DNA of 63,851 bases, filler included, from Octopus bimaculoides (GCF_001194135.2; 8 parts of 8 records of this genome joined end to end with filler, not necessarily neighbours in it), one strand, 5' to 3'. Shown: positions 38,324-53,058, counted from the first letter of the whole stretch. The notes: generated from the letters alone by a model not told the origin. Numbers and translations are program-made.

Positions 38324-38533
38324 GGGAACAAGAACGTAACGGACGATACGACAATGAAAACAAACAGACAGATAGACGATATAAAGACGTTTCCAGGCCG
38401 AAGCTGTAGAGATAATTGGAAGCTTGACTGATGAATAGAAAGCTACGATTGTTCCATCCTGGTTTCCCTGTCCGTCTTCGTATCGTCCATTTGTTCATTT
38501 GTTTTCATTGTTTGTCCGTTACGTTCTTTTCCC
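38324..38533. mobile_element. Foldback element with imperfect about 65-bp arms and collapsed hammerhead-like core
   Basis: 38324-38389 is approximately the reverse complement of 38473-38533. The spacer contains CTGATGA-ata-GAAA (38428-38441). Confidence 0.7.
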
Positions 38534-38539
38534 GATTTT

Positions 38540-38583
<44 letters not shown>

Positions 38584-39167
38584 GGGGGGGGGTGTTTGTA
38601 GTGTAGTTTTTAGAAAAATCCGATTATCGATTGTCAAAGTTTATGTTAATTAAAGCTAATATGCTTTAATTAATTATTTGATTACTTAATTATTTTAAAC
38701 TACATGAAAAATAAATTAATCAATCAAGCGAATGTTTATACATAGCGTCATAATGTTGAATACATTATACTTACCTGTCTTAATTACGTATTTATAAGAA
38801 GCAACCTACCTTCTCTCGAAGTCTAAATCGTCATACAGGAAAGATTTTCAGAACATTATAATGTTTACATTTATTTTATGATGTTGAAAGACACATTACA
38901 CTCACTCGCCTTGTAGTATTTTGGCAATTCGGGGTGAAATGAAAATATGTAGCAAAGAGGAATGACGAATAAAAAATCTACGAAAAGTACCATTCGATCT
39001 CTGATTCTGCGGCTTCATAATCAACGTTGTTTCACCCTTTTGTTTTGTTATTTTAAAATTTTTCTTTATATTGTATAATTCTCTGTTTGTTTTCCGTGTG
39101 TTCTGTGATTGACGTTAGATATTCTACACTAGCAATTAAATAGTTCGTTGACAGTAGCAAATGTTTA

Positions 39168-39560
39168 AGGCTGGTGAACTGGCAGAATCGTTAGCAAATT
39201 GGACGCAATGCTTAGCGTTTTGAGTTCAAATCCCGCCCAGGTTGAATTTGCTTTTTATTCTTTTGGGGTCGATAAATAACTAGCAGTTGCACACTGGGGT
39301 TAATGTAATCGACTCGTTCCCTCCCACCAAATTACTGCTCTTGTGGCAAAATTTCAAACCATTATTATTATTATTATTGAAGGCGGCGAGCTGGCAGAAT
39401 CGTTAGCACAGTGGACGAAATGCTTAGCGGTATTTCGCCCTTCGCTGCGTTCTGAGTTCAAATCCCGCCCAGGTCGACTTTGCTTTTTATCCTTTAGGGG
39501 TTGATAAAGTAAGTACCAGTCAAGTACTGTGGTCGATGTGATTGATTATCCCTTCCCCCA
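39168..39560 (+). mobile_element. Two tandem family A SINEs separated by an (ATT)n tail
   Basis: Heads at about 39168 and 39379. The first ends gtggcaaaatttcaaacc followed by (att)6. Confidence 0.9.
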
Positions 39561-40422
39561 CATGTTTCTAGGGGAACGTTATCATTCAGATGAATATATA
39601 ACCTACCTTATCTGATGATATTTAGATCTATATAAACCAACGCCAGAATAAAAAAATAGTTTTTGCCGTTTTGGTTACGACCTACCGCTTGGACGTTTGG
39701 CTATATTTTTAGCGGTTAGATATCTTATAGAATGTACACTGCAATCTTTAAAAGATTAGCCATCGGATATTATAGTTCAAGGTGATTTTTTTTCCGCTTT
39801 TAAAAAGAAATACTCTGAACTTGAAACAATACAGTGTAATATTCCTGGCATAGACGCCCGTACAAAACTTGAGTCATGAGTGTCAGTTATAGAACCCAGA
39901 GACACTGGATTAGTTAAAATGAAATCGGGTTGAAAAAAGCCTTATTTAAGATGAGTAGCATCTGTTAAAATCCCACAGAAACACTAGTCACCTGCGCCTT
40001 CTCCCCGACCGGTGGCGCAAGATAAATAACGCAGAGGTTGTTAGTGAAATAGACTAAACGCTTGACATGGTAGAAATCAATATATGTCCACCTAGAATTG
40101 TAAGATCTTTTACATTTAATTTAACTCCCACACAGGCTTTTCCCTTAACATACAACAAGAGTGAGAGGTATAAATAATATTAACCAAGTTGGATGGTCGA
40201 TATAAACAACTGTCTCCCATTATATAGCCTGTATGGTTTGTTTCATCCTTCACTTTCGTCAGTGGACTGCGGCCATTTTGGGGCAAACCCTTCAAGAGTA
40301 TAAACGAAACAATCGACATCGATACTTATTCGTTTTCAGTGTGGTAAGTATTCTATAAATCTTTTCTGACGCACCGCTAAGTTCTGTAAACAACTTAAAT
40401 ACAGATACACTGACATGTGTAC

Positions 40423-40483
<61 letters not shown>

Positions 40484-40824
40484 CCTACCTGTCTGTCTGT
40501 CCGTCTGTCTGTCTGTCTTTATATATACATATATCACAGTCGACCAGCGTAGCTGATGTTATACATTTTTGGTCATAATGCGTTTTTAATGGTTTTAATT
40601 TTAAAATGATGCATATAATTTTACATTGAATACTTTTTGCATACTTATATATAATANNNNNNNNNNNNNNNNNNNNNNNNNNNNNNNNNNNNNNNNNNNN
40701 TTAATTAATTAANNNNNNNNNNNNNNNNNNNNNNNNNNNNNNNNNNNNNNNNNNNNGTACTAGTCTTACAAAGAATAAGTCCTGGGTTCTATTTGTTTGA
40801 CTAAAGGTGGTGAAGAATTAAATA

Positions 40825-40868
<44 letters not shown>

Positions 40869-41724
40869 TATATGCACACACACACACTCATACACACATG
40901 TACATTTATACCATGTAGAGTAAGTAAACGAATATATTTATAAACCAGTCAAGAATCAAATTAATTGATCTCCTCGTTTGACTTACTAATTTATCATTTA
41001 ATAATGATGTTGAAATATGGTTACAAGCGTGCAACTTTTTAGATTTAGAATATTACCAAATGGATTGATATTCGATACATGAATAGTTACTGTACTATCG
41101 ACCCTGAAGGGAAATGAAACAGGAATTATAATAGGCGTAGCTAATTACTTCAAAACCTTCAATCCGGCCCTCTCCAATCAATCATTTTATTTATATATTT
41201 TACGACGTGAAAAATCAATAGTTTAACCATTTTTCTTAAAGAACCTACGCTGAAGACGAACCAAGAAGGCCGTCTTTATGTGGAGAATCGACCTGCTAGA
41301 AATAACAGACAAATCTCCCTCAATAAAACAGACGAATCAGATAATGTAGTCATGTAAAGTGAAAATTGTGGGCAAAGCTCTCGTTATGACACGTATGGTA
41401 TACTCGATTAGGACTAATTTTGGCTGAGTGTTCAGGGGCAAGATATTTTATCTTGATGAATCAGTTCAACAATTATGAAATAGGTGCCAAGCACGGTTAT
41501 TTGCTAATCTACGTGGTTGGCCGATATACTTGAAATAACAGCCAAAACTTCCCCAAAACCAGTCTCTAAAGCTGTTTATAATAAAATGAATTGTTATATA
41601 ATCTACTCTTATCAACTACTAAATAAACGGGACAGTCACGGCAGGAATATGTTTTAAATTATAGGTTTCTGATCGATCAGAGTTAACTTGGCGCTAACCA
41701 ACATCAACTATAACAACGGCGATG

Positions 41725-41764
<40 letters not shown>

Positions 41765-42050
41765 ACAACATGAACAAGAACAATAACAGCAGCCCCTGAA
41801 TAAGTGATGATTGCTTCGTTAGCTTCAGTTTGAATATTCCAAAGGGCCTGGATAAAGTAATGGCTAACCACTGTAATGGGGGCTTGCCATAGCATTTCTG
41901 TAGATGCATTCTGTTCAAGGAGACCCAGCAGTCGTTCACAGTTCGATGGATATTCATGCATCACCGCTCGCAGACTATGAATTCGGTGGTGGTGGGGGGG
42001 AAGTGCCCCATCCACCCGCCACCCATCGTGGATTGCAGGGCTAAGCTGCA

Positions 42051-42090
<40 letters not shown>

Positions 42091-42294
42091 CCATCAGCAT
42101 CACCTTCATCATCATCAGCAGCAGTAACAGCAGCAGCACCAGTAACATCAGCAACATCAGCAGCAGCGTCATTATCTACAGCATGATGTGATGGTGATCA
42201 TATTTTTTCTCTTGTTTGGAGATTCCATTCACACTTCCTTTACAGGGGCTAACCTGTGTGTGTGTGTTATATACCCAATAAATGGGTATATAAA

Positions 42295-42341
<47 letters not shown>

Positions 42342-43089
42342 NNNNNNNNNNNNNNNNNNNNNNNNNNNNNNNNNNNNNNNNNNNNNNNNNNNNNNNNNNN
42401 NNNNNNNNNNNNNNNNNNNNNNNNNNNNNNNNNNNNNNNNNNNNNNNNNNNNNNNNNNNNNNNNNNNNNNNNNNNNNNNNNNNNNNNNNNNNNNNNNNNN
42501 NNNNNNNNNNNNNNNNNNNNNNNNNNNNNNNNNNNNNNNNNNNNNNNNNNNNNNNNNNNNNNNNNNNNNNNNNNNNNNNNNNNNNNNNNNNNNNNNNNNN
42601 NNNNNNNNNNNNNNNNNNNNNNNNNNNNNNNNNNNNNNNNNNNNNNNNNNNNNNNNNNNNNNNNNNNNNNNNNNNNNNNNNNNNNNNNNNNNNNNNNNNN
42701 NNNNNNNNNNNNNNNNNNNNNNNNNNNNNNNNNNNNNNNNNNNNNNNNNNNNNNNNNNNNNNNNNNNNNNNNNNNNNNNNNNNNNNNNNNNNNNNNNNNN
42801 NNNNNNNNNNNNNNNNNNNNNNNNNNNNNNNNNNNNNNNNNNNNNNNNNNNNNNNNNNNNNNNNNNNNNNNNNNNNNNNNNNNNNNNNNNNNNNNNNNNN
42901 NNNNNNNNNNNNNNNNNNNNNNNNNNNNNNNNNNNNNNNNNNNNNNNNNNNNNNNNNNNNNNNNNNNNNNNNNNNNNNNNNNNNNNNNNNNNNNNNNNNN
43001 NNNNNNNNNNNNNNNNNNNNNNNNNNNNNNNNNNNNNNNNNNNNNNNNNNNNNNNNNNNNNNNNNNNNNNNNNNNNNNNNNNNNNNNNN

Positions 43090-43154
<65 letters not shown>

Positions 43155-43350
43155 GGAAGTACGCGACTTAGTGGTTAAGTTGTTGCTCCAGTCTGTTCAG
43201 CTGGCAAAAATGAGTGATCCTGAGCCGGATCGGTGTTCTATCAAGGAGAAATATATACGCCACGGAATCCGGGAAATCGGCCTTATGTACTTTGGCTCAG
43301 GAAGTACCTTTGAATCTTTTCCTTTGTTACACACACACACACATAATACA

Positions 43351-43386
<36 letters not shown>

Positions 43387-43397
43387 TATGTCATACC

Positions 43398-43437
43398 GGC
43401 CATGACGAAGGGAAATAGCCCTGAAACTCGAGTCGCC
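43398..43437 (+). ncRNA. Minimal hammerhead-like motif with one core lesion
   Basis: GGC-C(A)TGACGA-AGGG..CCCT-GAAA-CTCGAG-TC-GCC. Stems I and II pair, stem III is the palindrome ACTCGAGT and the triplet is GUC. The core carries an extra A. Confidence 0.6.
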
Positions 43438-43681
43438 TTTATATATATATATTTATATTTATATATTTATATATTTGATCCTTTATATTGAACACTCAAT
43501 ATTTCATCTACATTCAATACTTTATTTCATGGTGCCATCCATTTTTATTTTATTTTATTTTATATTATATATTGTATATTATATTATATATTGTATATTC
43601 CATATTCTATACCCCACATTAGTTCTGCAGGAATATAAATAAAACATAAAAAACAGACAGTGTTGGAACTCTTTTAAGCAA

Positions 43682-43721
<40 letters not shown>

Positions 43722-44313
43722 GTATGTATGTATATACACATTATTCTTTTTACGAGATTAGAGTTGAAAGTGACTTCAAAGTTTCAGCCTTAGCTTTCCG
43801 ATTATAACTGAGCAGGTCGAAACTTCGAAATTACTATTAACCTTATTCTTATAAAAAAATAATAAATATTTCCTCTACAAAATGTATTGAATAATCCTTC
43901 AGTTTAATGTAAAATTGTTTTTATTGTAATTCGACATAAAAACAAAGATTGATATATACATATACCTATATATTTATACAACATGCTACGCGCACACTCG
44001 TGCTCCCTTATTTATTTATTAGTTATTTAGATATACATAAAATGCTGGAAATACTTCGTCTTTTTTCTTAACTCACTAGTTAGAAACAAGTAGTTAAAAT
44101 AAATATCTTTCTTAATAATAACTTACGTCAAAATTGTAAAATAAAGTTTCAATTGATAAAAGTTGCACACAGTTCGCTGTTGCAAATCTATTTTCTTTAT
44201 GTATTCAGTTTAAAATAACATCGAAAGAAAACTTTGAGGTCTAACTCTAGGTCTGGTGGATGAACTTATATCATTGCCAGGAATGCACCCATCCAAATAC
44301 CGAGTATTCGAAG

Positions 44314-44615
44314 CTCTTTTACTCTTTTACTTGTTTCAGTCATTTGACTGTGGCCATGCTCGAGCACCGCCTTTAGTCGAGCAAATCGACCCCCAGGACT
44401 TATTCTTTGGATGCCTAGTACTTATTTTATCGGTCTCTTTTGCCGAACCGCTAGGTTACGGGGACGTAAACACACCAGCATCGGTTGTCAAGCGATGGTG
44501 GGGGCTGGGGACAAACACAGACACACACATACATACATATATATATATACATACAAATATACGACGGGCTTCTTACCATGTGGTTGGTAGGCAAGCTACT
44601 TACCACACAGCCACT
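44314..44615 (-). mobile_element. Family C SINE with 3' tail and internal microsatellite, internally deleted
   Basis: ctcttttactcttttacttgtttcagtcatttgactg...gtcgagcaaatcgacccccaggac...(CA/TA)n-tacgacgggcttct...ctacttaccacacagccact. Confidence 0.9.
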
Positions 44616-44639
44616 TAATTGTTTCTAATTTAGGAACAT

Positions 44640-44840
44640 GGTCAGCAGTTTTGAGGGCCGAAAAATAGTCGAAGCACCCGACATCAGTGCTTGGTTGGTA
44701 CTTTAGTTTATCGATTCCTGAAGGGTGGAAAGGATGGTTGACCCCGACATGATTTGAACTCAGAAATATAAAATAACCGGAACACGTACAACAAAGCATT
44801 TTTCCGGCATGCGAACGATTCTGTCAATCCACCCACCTTG
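44640..44840 (-). mobile_element. Family A SINE
   Basis: ggtactttagtttatcgattcctgaagggtggaaagg...gaactcagaa...gcgaacgattctgtcaatccacccacctt. Confidence 0.75.
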
Positions 44841-45178
44841 AAGTGATAATAATAATGTGAGTAATAATTTCTCATATAGGCACAAGGCCACAAATGTTTG
44901 TGACTTTCAAAACTATTTAATGCGCTTCATCTTTGTCTCTTTCAAAATAGTGGATGTTTTGGAAATTTTGTTGATTTCACAGCGTGATCTTTATAATCCA
45001 TGTATATAAGGTTTATTTATGTTTTTATGTATTTTGATGTTACTTTAAATTAACCTGATAAAAGTAGTTTATTATAGAAATCAAATAGCTGTAAGCGATT
45101 GCAGGTCTTTATAAAGCAATTGTTCAGATACAAATATATTCAAACACACACACACATTCACAAGGACGCGCACACACA

Positions 45179-45225
<47 letters not shown>

Positions 45226-45381
45226 NNNNNNNNNNNNNNNNNNNNNNNNNNNNNNNNNNNNNNNNNNNNNNNNNNNNNNNNNNNNNNNNNNNNNNNNNNN
45301 NNNNNNNNNNNNNNNNNNNNNNNNNNNNNNNNNNNNNNNNNNNNNNNNNNNNNNNNNNNNNNNNNNNNNNNNNNNNNNNNN

Positions 45382-45422
<41 letters not shown>

Positions 45423-46740
45423 TTTAAGGTACACTGTATTAAAATAAGAGCTGCTAATAGTTTCTTGCCATTAAGACACGTGGTTAGGCAGATATGTATA
45501 ACATGACTTTTATCTGCAAGCAATCCTCAGGTTCTGAGCACATATACCAACGTTCTGATTTTCAAATAAAACAAACCATATGCTCAGAGCCTGGAGATTA
45601 CTTGGAGGCACAGAAGGCACGTTGTAAAAACCCGTGTGAGGCTTAAGATAAAGTTTAACTCGAGTGGGATCTCTGTACGTAAAGGGACGTAACTAAATAC
45701 TGCAAGGAATTTTGTCGGAATGCCCTACCACTTATGAGTATTTGCATGCAATTATCTTTCGTGGAAAAGTTAAAAAACTTGATTAAGTGAAATACTTCGC
45801 CACCACATTCAAATCACCAACAAAACAAAACAAAACTATTTAATTGTTCTTATTTTAAAATATCATTTGTATAAAATTTAATGAACAAATAGACTAATTT
45901 TCTTGATATTTTTTCTATCTGTGATTTGTTAAAGTTCTAGCAGTGGTGTTAAAATATGTGCAGGCTCTCACCAGTGAACATTTCTTAAGCTTAATGAAAA
46001 CAAATTGCTAATATTATTTTGGTTATTTTTTCTTCAATAAGAATTTTGCAATATTTCTAAACATTGAATTTGTTGTTACATTAATTCACTTTGCCATAAT
46101 CTTTTTTATGAAGTTTCTCGAAAACCATTAGTTTAAGCAATATTTTCAATCTACATCTCTTCCGTTTAGTATTTTCCACGCGCAATAATAGCAAAAAAGT
46201 TATTTAATTAAACAAAATAAACAAACTTTTCACTGAAAAATAATTTCCATGTGCAGGTTTAGCATTAGAACAAAATTAAGGCGCCTGCCTAAAATAGAAA
46301 TTTTTCTCCTCGAAGTTAATGGGTCTAAATTATTTTAGCAATACGGGATATAAGTTGCTATCAGTTTTACGCGTCTGTTATCAGTTTTACGCGCCTAGAC
46401 AGGCAGTAAATTTATCTTGCTTATTGTAGGGAGTATATAAATAGTGGTGAATTCAATTAAATGGTCTTTTAAATCAATGATAAGGCTAGAAGGTTAGAAC
46501 ATGAAGCGCCAAGTCGAAAGCAAAGCAGTTGCACTTGACTTTATTAAGACAATTAACTGGATGCGACAATGAAAATTTATCCATAAAGTGACTTCCTATA
46601 AATGTCGTGAAACCTCCTTAACTTAGCTAAGTGATTTGCAAGCCAGCTCTTTCACTACTATTTCAACAGAACGTTATATCAAACGCTGCCAAAGTCTAAT
46701 TTCTTCCTTATTTGATAACCTCTATCAAGGACTACAGCTT

Positions 46741-46779
46741 GAATTCTTCAGCCTGAATTCTTCAGCCTGAATTCTTCAG
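46741..46779. repeat. 14-bp minisatellite x about 3 (gaattcttcagcct)
   Basis: Directly visible. The array contains CTGAA-TTC-TTCAG micro-hairpins. Confidence 0.9.
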
Positions 46780-47408
46780 GAAACATTTCATTGATACCAG
46801 TATAAAAATACATATCCATATTCCATAGTGTATAAAATTTATTATGTTGTATTCACTGAATCATTCATTGTAGCGAATACAATTAATCCATTTTCATTTG
46901 TGATATTTTTCACATTCTCAAACAATACTGAATTGTACATTTACATATTAAACGAAATGTATAAAGTCAAAGACATACGCCTTTGGTAGATTCTCTAAAA
47001 TGGTAGGTCGACTCTCATTGAACATTGGTGTAACAAATTCAATCAAAAGTTGTTCAGTTCAATCAGTAATTTATAGTACTTTATACACAATCGAATTGCA
47101 AACTTCAAAGGAAACGAAAAACTGTGAAGTCTGTTGATATAAAACTGCGACACTTAAAAGACCACGGATGAAAATGAATTTAAACAAATATATATATTTT
47201 TTGAGAGCGGTGAGGGGGAGGGATTTTGCATAGCTCCTCTTAAGCAAAACTTTACAACTACCTTATCGACGAAAACACTATCAATGTAACAATATTCAAG
47301 TATTTATATATCAAATTACTCGTTTGTTTATGTACTCACTAAAAATAATGTAAAATTCATCTCTAGCTTGCCTCAAATTCCAATGCCTGACCTGTTTTAC
47401 AAGCGTAG

Positions 47409-47509
47409 AAAAACCTGAAGCTCATTGAAAATGATGCCTATGGAGGTCGCTGTTTAAGTTCTAAAAGTCATCGGGGATTCAGACAGAAAGTACAAAATCT
47501 TTTCTGCAG
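47409..47509 (+). CDS. Candidate internal exon (KNLKLIENDAYGGRCLSSKSHRGFRQKVQNLFC), unverified
   Basis: ctgac branch-like site, cgtag acceptor and strong donor CAG|gtaatt, with 33 open codons. No homology recognised. Confidence 0.2.
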
Positions 47510-47668
47510 GTAATTATAATTAAGAACAGTGAAGGATACAAATGTGAAAGTTCAATAAAATTATTCTTGCAAGGAGAAAATGAAGTCCAATATTTATTAA
47601 TCCACTAGTTGTTTTTTTTTTGTTTGAGTCTAGCGATTAAACAATAACTATTTGCAGACGACCTGTAC

Positions 47669-47710
<42 letters not shown>

Positions 47711-47720
47711 NNNNNNNNNN

Positions 47721-47765
<45 letters not shown>

Positions 47766-50018
47766 GAGGTACAAAACAAGTTCACAATCAAAATTACTAG
47801 GCTGACGCTAAGAGAAATGAAAAGAGTTACTTATTATAACGTTTCAGACAGCCAAAATCCTTCTTCAGATAGAATGCAGTGTAGAAAGAAAGAATGAAAA
47901 AGGTGGAGAAAATGGAAAAAGAAAGAAGACAGAAAACTTCATAAGTACAATCTCGGCGACAAAGCTTCGTGAAGTTAGTCTTTGTGTGTGTGTTTGCTAT
48001 CTGAAACTTTTTATCAAAGGAAGGTGAGATATACTATGATGCAAATAAGTACTATTTATTGAAAGGAATATATGTTTATTTAAAATACTGTAGGCCTATA
48101 ATGCCTTTACATAAGTAGGAAAATCCTTTGAAGTAATTCAATGTATAAGATACCCCAAGTTTTTTTAGTTTATGTAACAAGTAAAATACGAAACAATAAA
48201 TAATGAATGTCACATTTTGGCTGTTTAAATTTTATTTTTATTATAACGCTATCAAGTGTAGACTGCTTTGCCTTCTTAAGAAGTCCTAATACTTTCGTAT
48301 AACAATTCAGCTATAGCAGTATAGATCTTTTAGCTTCCATCCTCCATTCAAAATTTGGATAGTTATCAGAACGGTGCTGTAAAGCATGAGTTATTTCATT
48401 AATATTCCTGAGAAAACCGGTTGTGGAGGAGCCGCTTCTCCATATGAAGTTAATACTTGTAGTTCTGTCAACTACTTAATATCTTTATAGGCGAGCTGCT
48501 TGTTATCAACATGCAACCTGCATCAATTCTTCAAATCCCAGTTTGTCTACTTCTATGTGTAGAAGTCAATTACTGATTGAAACGGCTCCATTCTCTAACA
48601 GATGACCTTCCTTTTGCAGTTTTTATTGTCGTTTATCTTCGAGAGTAATTATTTCCAAAACTAGCCTATATCCGTCTATACCAAAAACTAGATTTGATGG
48701 ATATTTACCTCTTTCCCATCATATGTGCTGGAAATTCTGACGTCATCTAGATTTCAGCACTTGTGGAATTCTGTTATCCACATGCTGTGAAGATAAGATC
48801 GTTTAAATTAGTTCGTTTCTGCAACTTTAACAGTACGTATAAGCAGCAATAAACATTAGAATGACTTGTTTCGATTCTTCTTATTTCAACTTATTAAATA
48901 ATTTAACGCCTTTTGCTGCATAGTAGCTTGGAAGAAATGTGAGTGACGCCATGACACATCATTGACCCAAACACTTTCTATTGATACCGTATTTACCATT
49001 TTCCTGCATTTAATTATTAGTTAGAAGTGATTGGTTTACATTACAGCTCTTATTTTTTCAGATCGATTCATTATTATTTTTAAAACTAGCAGGGCAAAAT
49101 CCGAATGATACTCAAGCAATATTTTCCTTTTCTCTTCTACTCTGCTTATGTTCTTCCATTTGGTATCAAGTGACAGCGTTTTACATTTATGTGGTATGAC
49201 TGGATAATATGGGTACCGAATAAATTTAAAGATACTATGGTTTAAGAAATTATAATTCTTTAAAATAGTATTGAAACGTGAATGGATGTTTTCATTGTTT
49301 TATCCGTCAAACTGCAGCAATGTTAAACTCAATTATAACGAGGTTTCGTTCTCAGAGGAAACGTAAAACAAGCTGTATATGCGTCTATATATGTGCGTGT
49401 GTGTACGTATGTATTGCATTTGTAAGTTCCTATGAGTTTATTCACTCACTATGTATGTATTTATGTATGTATAGGCATATATTTACATATACATGTATGT
49501 ATATATACATAAATATACATATACATGTATGTATCAACTACATATGTGGGAAATTCTGTCAGTAGGTGTGTTTATGGAGTTGTTAGCTAACTCCTATATG
49601 GTTTTATCGATTTTGATGAAACTTGATACGTGAGTAGAACTCATGTCTGGAAACCTCAAGGCATACTCAGACTGTTGAAAAAATCGATAATAGGGCCATC
49701 GGAAGAGATATTATATATATATATATGTCTAATATATTTCATTTTAAAAACAAAGGGAAATAAACTATTTGATCCTGGAAGGGATCCTTATATATAGCTA
49801 AGGGAAATAATCCATTTATTTTCCTAAATAATTTGGTAAAAAAGAAATTGAGTATGCTTATTTCTTAGTATTTGAATTGCTAGAGTTATTTTCGCAATCT
49901 ATCCAGTACAACCCTTAAACAAGTAAATAGTATTTTCCTAAACAATAGATCCACTTATTTCAGTTAGTGACTTATTCACGAATATACCAACACTAGCGCC
50001 CCGGAGGGTAATATTCAC

Positions 50019-50297
50019 TGGGAACGTACAAAAGCCCTTTTCAGAGTTATTTACTTTGAATTGTTATTATCTCATATCTGATTATTACGTAACATGTTAT
50101 TACGTAACATGATTCACGATTTTAGTATACATACCTTAATAGTATTTCCTCCTATGTTCTATATACTTTGGGAACGCATTAAAGCCCTTTTCGGGGCTAC
50201 TTTATTTGAATTCTCACTATCGGGTAACTAATTTCATGTTATTACATAACTGACTTCATAAATGGGTATTCATAACATATTGGGAATTCCTAAAAGC
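50019..50297. repeat. Degenerate about 150-bp tandem repeat
   Basis: tgggaacg...aaagcccttttc...tttgaatt at 50019 and 50169, partial at 50281. gttattac(g/a)taac is repeated inside the units. Confidence 0.7.
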
Positions 50298-50613
50298 AAG
50301 ACCCTGTGTAAGATAGTTCGGTATTCTCTGTAAATGTATAAAACAATAATGAGAACGGTACCAAGGGATAGGCCCCGCTTTCCCGGGAATTACTGGGTAC
50401 GTCAGCTAGTATATACATATACGTGTATGTATGTATATATTTGTATATGTATATATATATATATNNNNNNNNNNNNNNNNNNNNNNNNNNNNNNNNNNNN
50501 NNNNNNNNTTAATTAATTAANNNNNNNNNNNNNNNNNNNNNNNNNNNNNNNNNNNNNNNNNNNNTCCAAAGAATAAGTCCTGGGGTCGATTTGTTCGACT
50601 AAAGGCGGTGCTC

Positions 50614-50648
<35 letters not shown>

Positions 50649-50843
50649 GTCTGTCTATTTATCTGTCTGTCTGTCTATTTATCTATCTGTCTGTCTGTCT
50701 ATGTAGGTATGTATCTATCTATCTGTCTGTCAGTCTGTCGTTCTGTCTGTCTGTCTAACTATCTATCCATCTATCTATCTATCTATCTATCCAACTAGCT
50801 TTCAATCATCAATCAACCAAGAACCAACCAACCAACCAATCAG

Positions 50844-50879
<36 letters not shown>

Positions 50880-51301
50880 CCTACACACATGTACACGCAG
50901 ACACATTTACATAATAGCCGAGGTCAATCAACGTTGCGAATTCACAATTTCGTTTTGTTACAGTACAAATGTGACCTCCCCAAGGAAATGGAGCTTCGTT
51001 TCATAGAATGCGGCCACCTTTTGTGTCACACATTCAATGTGTTTTCTCTGTCCTTTATGTTCGCTGCCATTTTATTTGCTATCTTCCTGGTTCTTTATCG
51101 TTTTTTTTTTCCTTCCGCCTTTTCTTACACCCTCATCCATACATCTCTCCTCCTCTTTCTATCACACAAACACCCTCTCTGCCTCTTTTCCCGCGTATAT
51201 ACTATACATTTGTGCGTATAGTTACATAAATACATACAACCACATTTCTATAGATGCATTTATACACGTGTGTATGGATAAAAGATTTTATCCTATTATT
51301 G

Positions 51302-51332
<31 letters not shown>

Positions 51333-51387
51333 CGTTCCTATAGATGCATGCCGTACGTATGTGTTTGTGTTTGTGTGTAAATGTATA

Positions 51388-51425
<38 letters not shown>

Positions 51426-51502
51426 NNNNNNNNNNNNNNNNNNNNNNNNNNNNNNNNNNNNNNNNNNNNNNNNNNNNNNNNNNNNNNNNNNNNNNNNNNN
51501 NN

Positions 51503-51550
<48 letters not shown>

Positions 51551-53058
51551 GTATGTAGTATAGATACATATATACACCCATACACGCACAGATGTTCATA
51601 TATGTGAACATACATGCATCTATATATGCATACAAACATGCATATATATATATATATCTATCTATATATATATATTTACACGCACATTAGTCTTTGCATA
51701 CTTCTATCACCTTTCGTTTTAATCACAAGCCTGTGAACATACACACACACACACACACACACTCACGCATACAAACACACACGCACTCTATATAGGGATC
51801 GAGAAACTTCCCGCCTTGCACCGCAGCCCCTGTTCTTCCCCCACCCTCTACCGTCACCCATCCAAATTCCGGAAGCCAGCTAATCAGGACGATATTTAAA
51901 GCTCTCGATCGACCCCTACCAATTAAAGGATATCCATTGTTGAGGTGTTTGTGTGATGGTCGCGGTGGTGGTAGCGATGCAGTGGTGGCGATGGTTGTAG
52001 TAGTGGCTGTAGTTGTATTGGTGGTGATGGTCTTTGTGGTTTTGGTAATGGTGGTGGCATTGGTGGTGATGGTTGTCGTAGTGGTAGTAGCGATGTAGTA
52101 GTGGCGATGGTTGTAGTGGTGGTTGTAGTTGTATTGGTGAGGATGGTGGTTATGGTGTTGGTAATGGTGGTGGTGATGGTTATCGTAGTGGTGGCGATGG
52201 TGGAGTATAACAGACATCAGGCAGACGACGCTACGAGCGGTCACAGGCACTAAGCAGATGACACTGCGAGCTGTATACACACCATTTGTCAACCAGCGAG
52301 ATATATTCTCCGTGATAAATCGCAGTGAGTCGCTTGTTCTCCAGTTCAAGCTTGCATCAAGCATATTCGGATTGACAATAACATTACAATTTTACTTATT
52401 ACTGCTTAGAGCTCCTCCGTCACTGAAATTTGTGTATACATTTGATCTTTTAAGCATGTTTTCCTGACTTTCTGCTTGCATTTTCGATCTCTTCTAAACG
52501 CTTTATTTTTCATAAAATTTACCATTGAAAAATAAGGTTTTTGTTGAAACCGGTTTGGTATTGTAATAAATCTGCTACAAAATTAAAAACTGCCACATAT
52601 TGTAAGAGTCAGGTGCATTTTCAACCCTCCAAAGAAATTCTCTTATATTCTCAGCTGCGTGAGAATGAGAATACACTTCTTTTCTCCACNNNNNNNNNNN
52701 NNNNNNNNNNNNNNNNNNNNNNNNNNNNNNNNNNNNNNNNNNNNNNNNNNNNNNNNNNNNNNNNNNNNNNNNNNNNNNNNNNNNNNNNNNNNNNNNNNNN
52801 NNNNNNNNNNNNNNNNNNNNNNNNNNNNNNNNNNNNNNNNNNNNNNNNNNNNNNNNNNNNNNNNNNNNNNNNNNNNNNNNNNNNNNNNNNNNNNNNNNNN
52901 NNNNNNNNNNNNNNNNNNNNNNNNNNNNNNNNNNNNNNNNNNNNNNNNNNNNNNNNNNNNNNNNNNNNNNNNNNNNNNNNNNNNNNNNNNNNNNNNNNNN
53001 NNNNNNNNNNNNNNNNNNNNNNNNNNNNNNNNNNNNNNNNNNNNNNNNNNNNNNNNNN

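Noticed and set aside
41694-42051. Minus-strand ORFs with faint LINE RT resemblance (HLQKCYGKPPLQWL)
   Set aside because: Similarity is too weak and no neighbouring RT motifs are collinear.
48300-48760. Higher-complexity stretch that looks like a decayed minus-strand ORF
   Set aside because: Multiple stops in all frames and no motif I can name.
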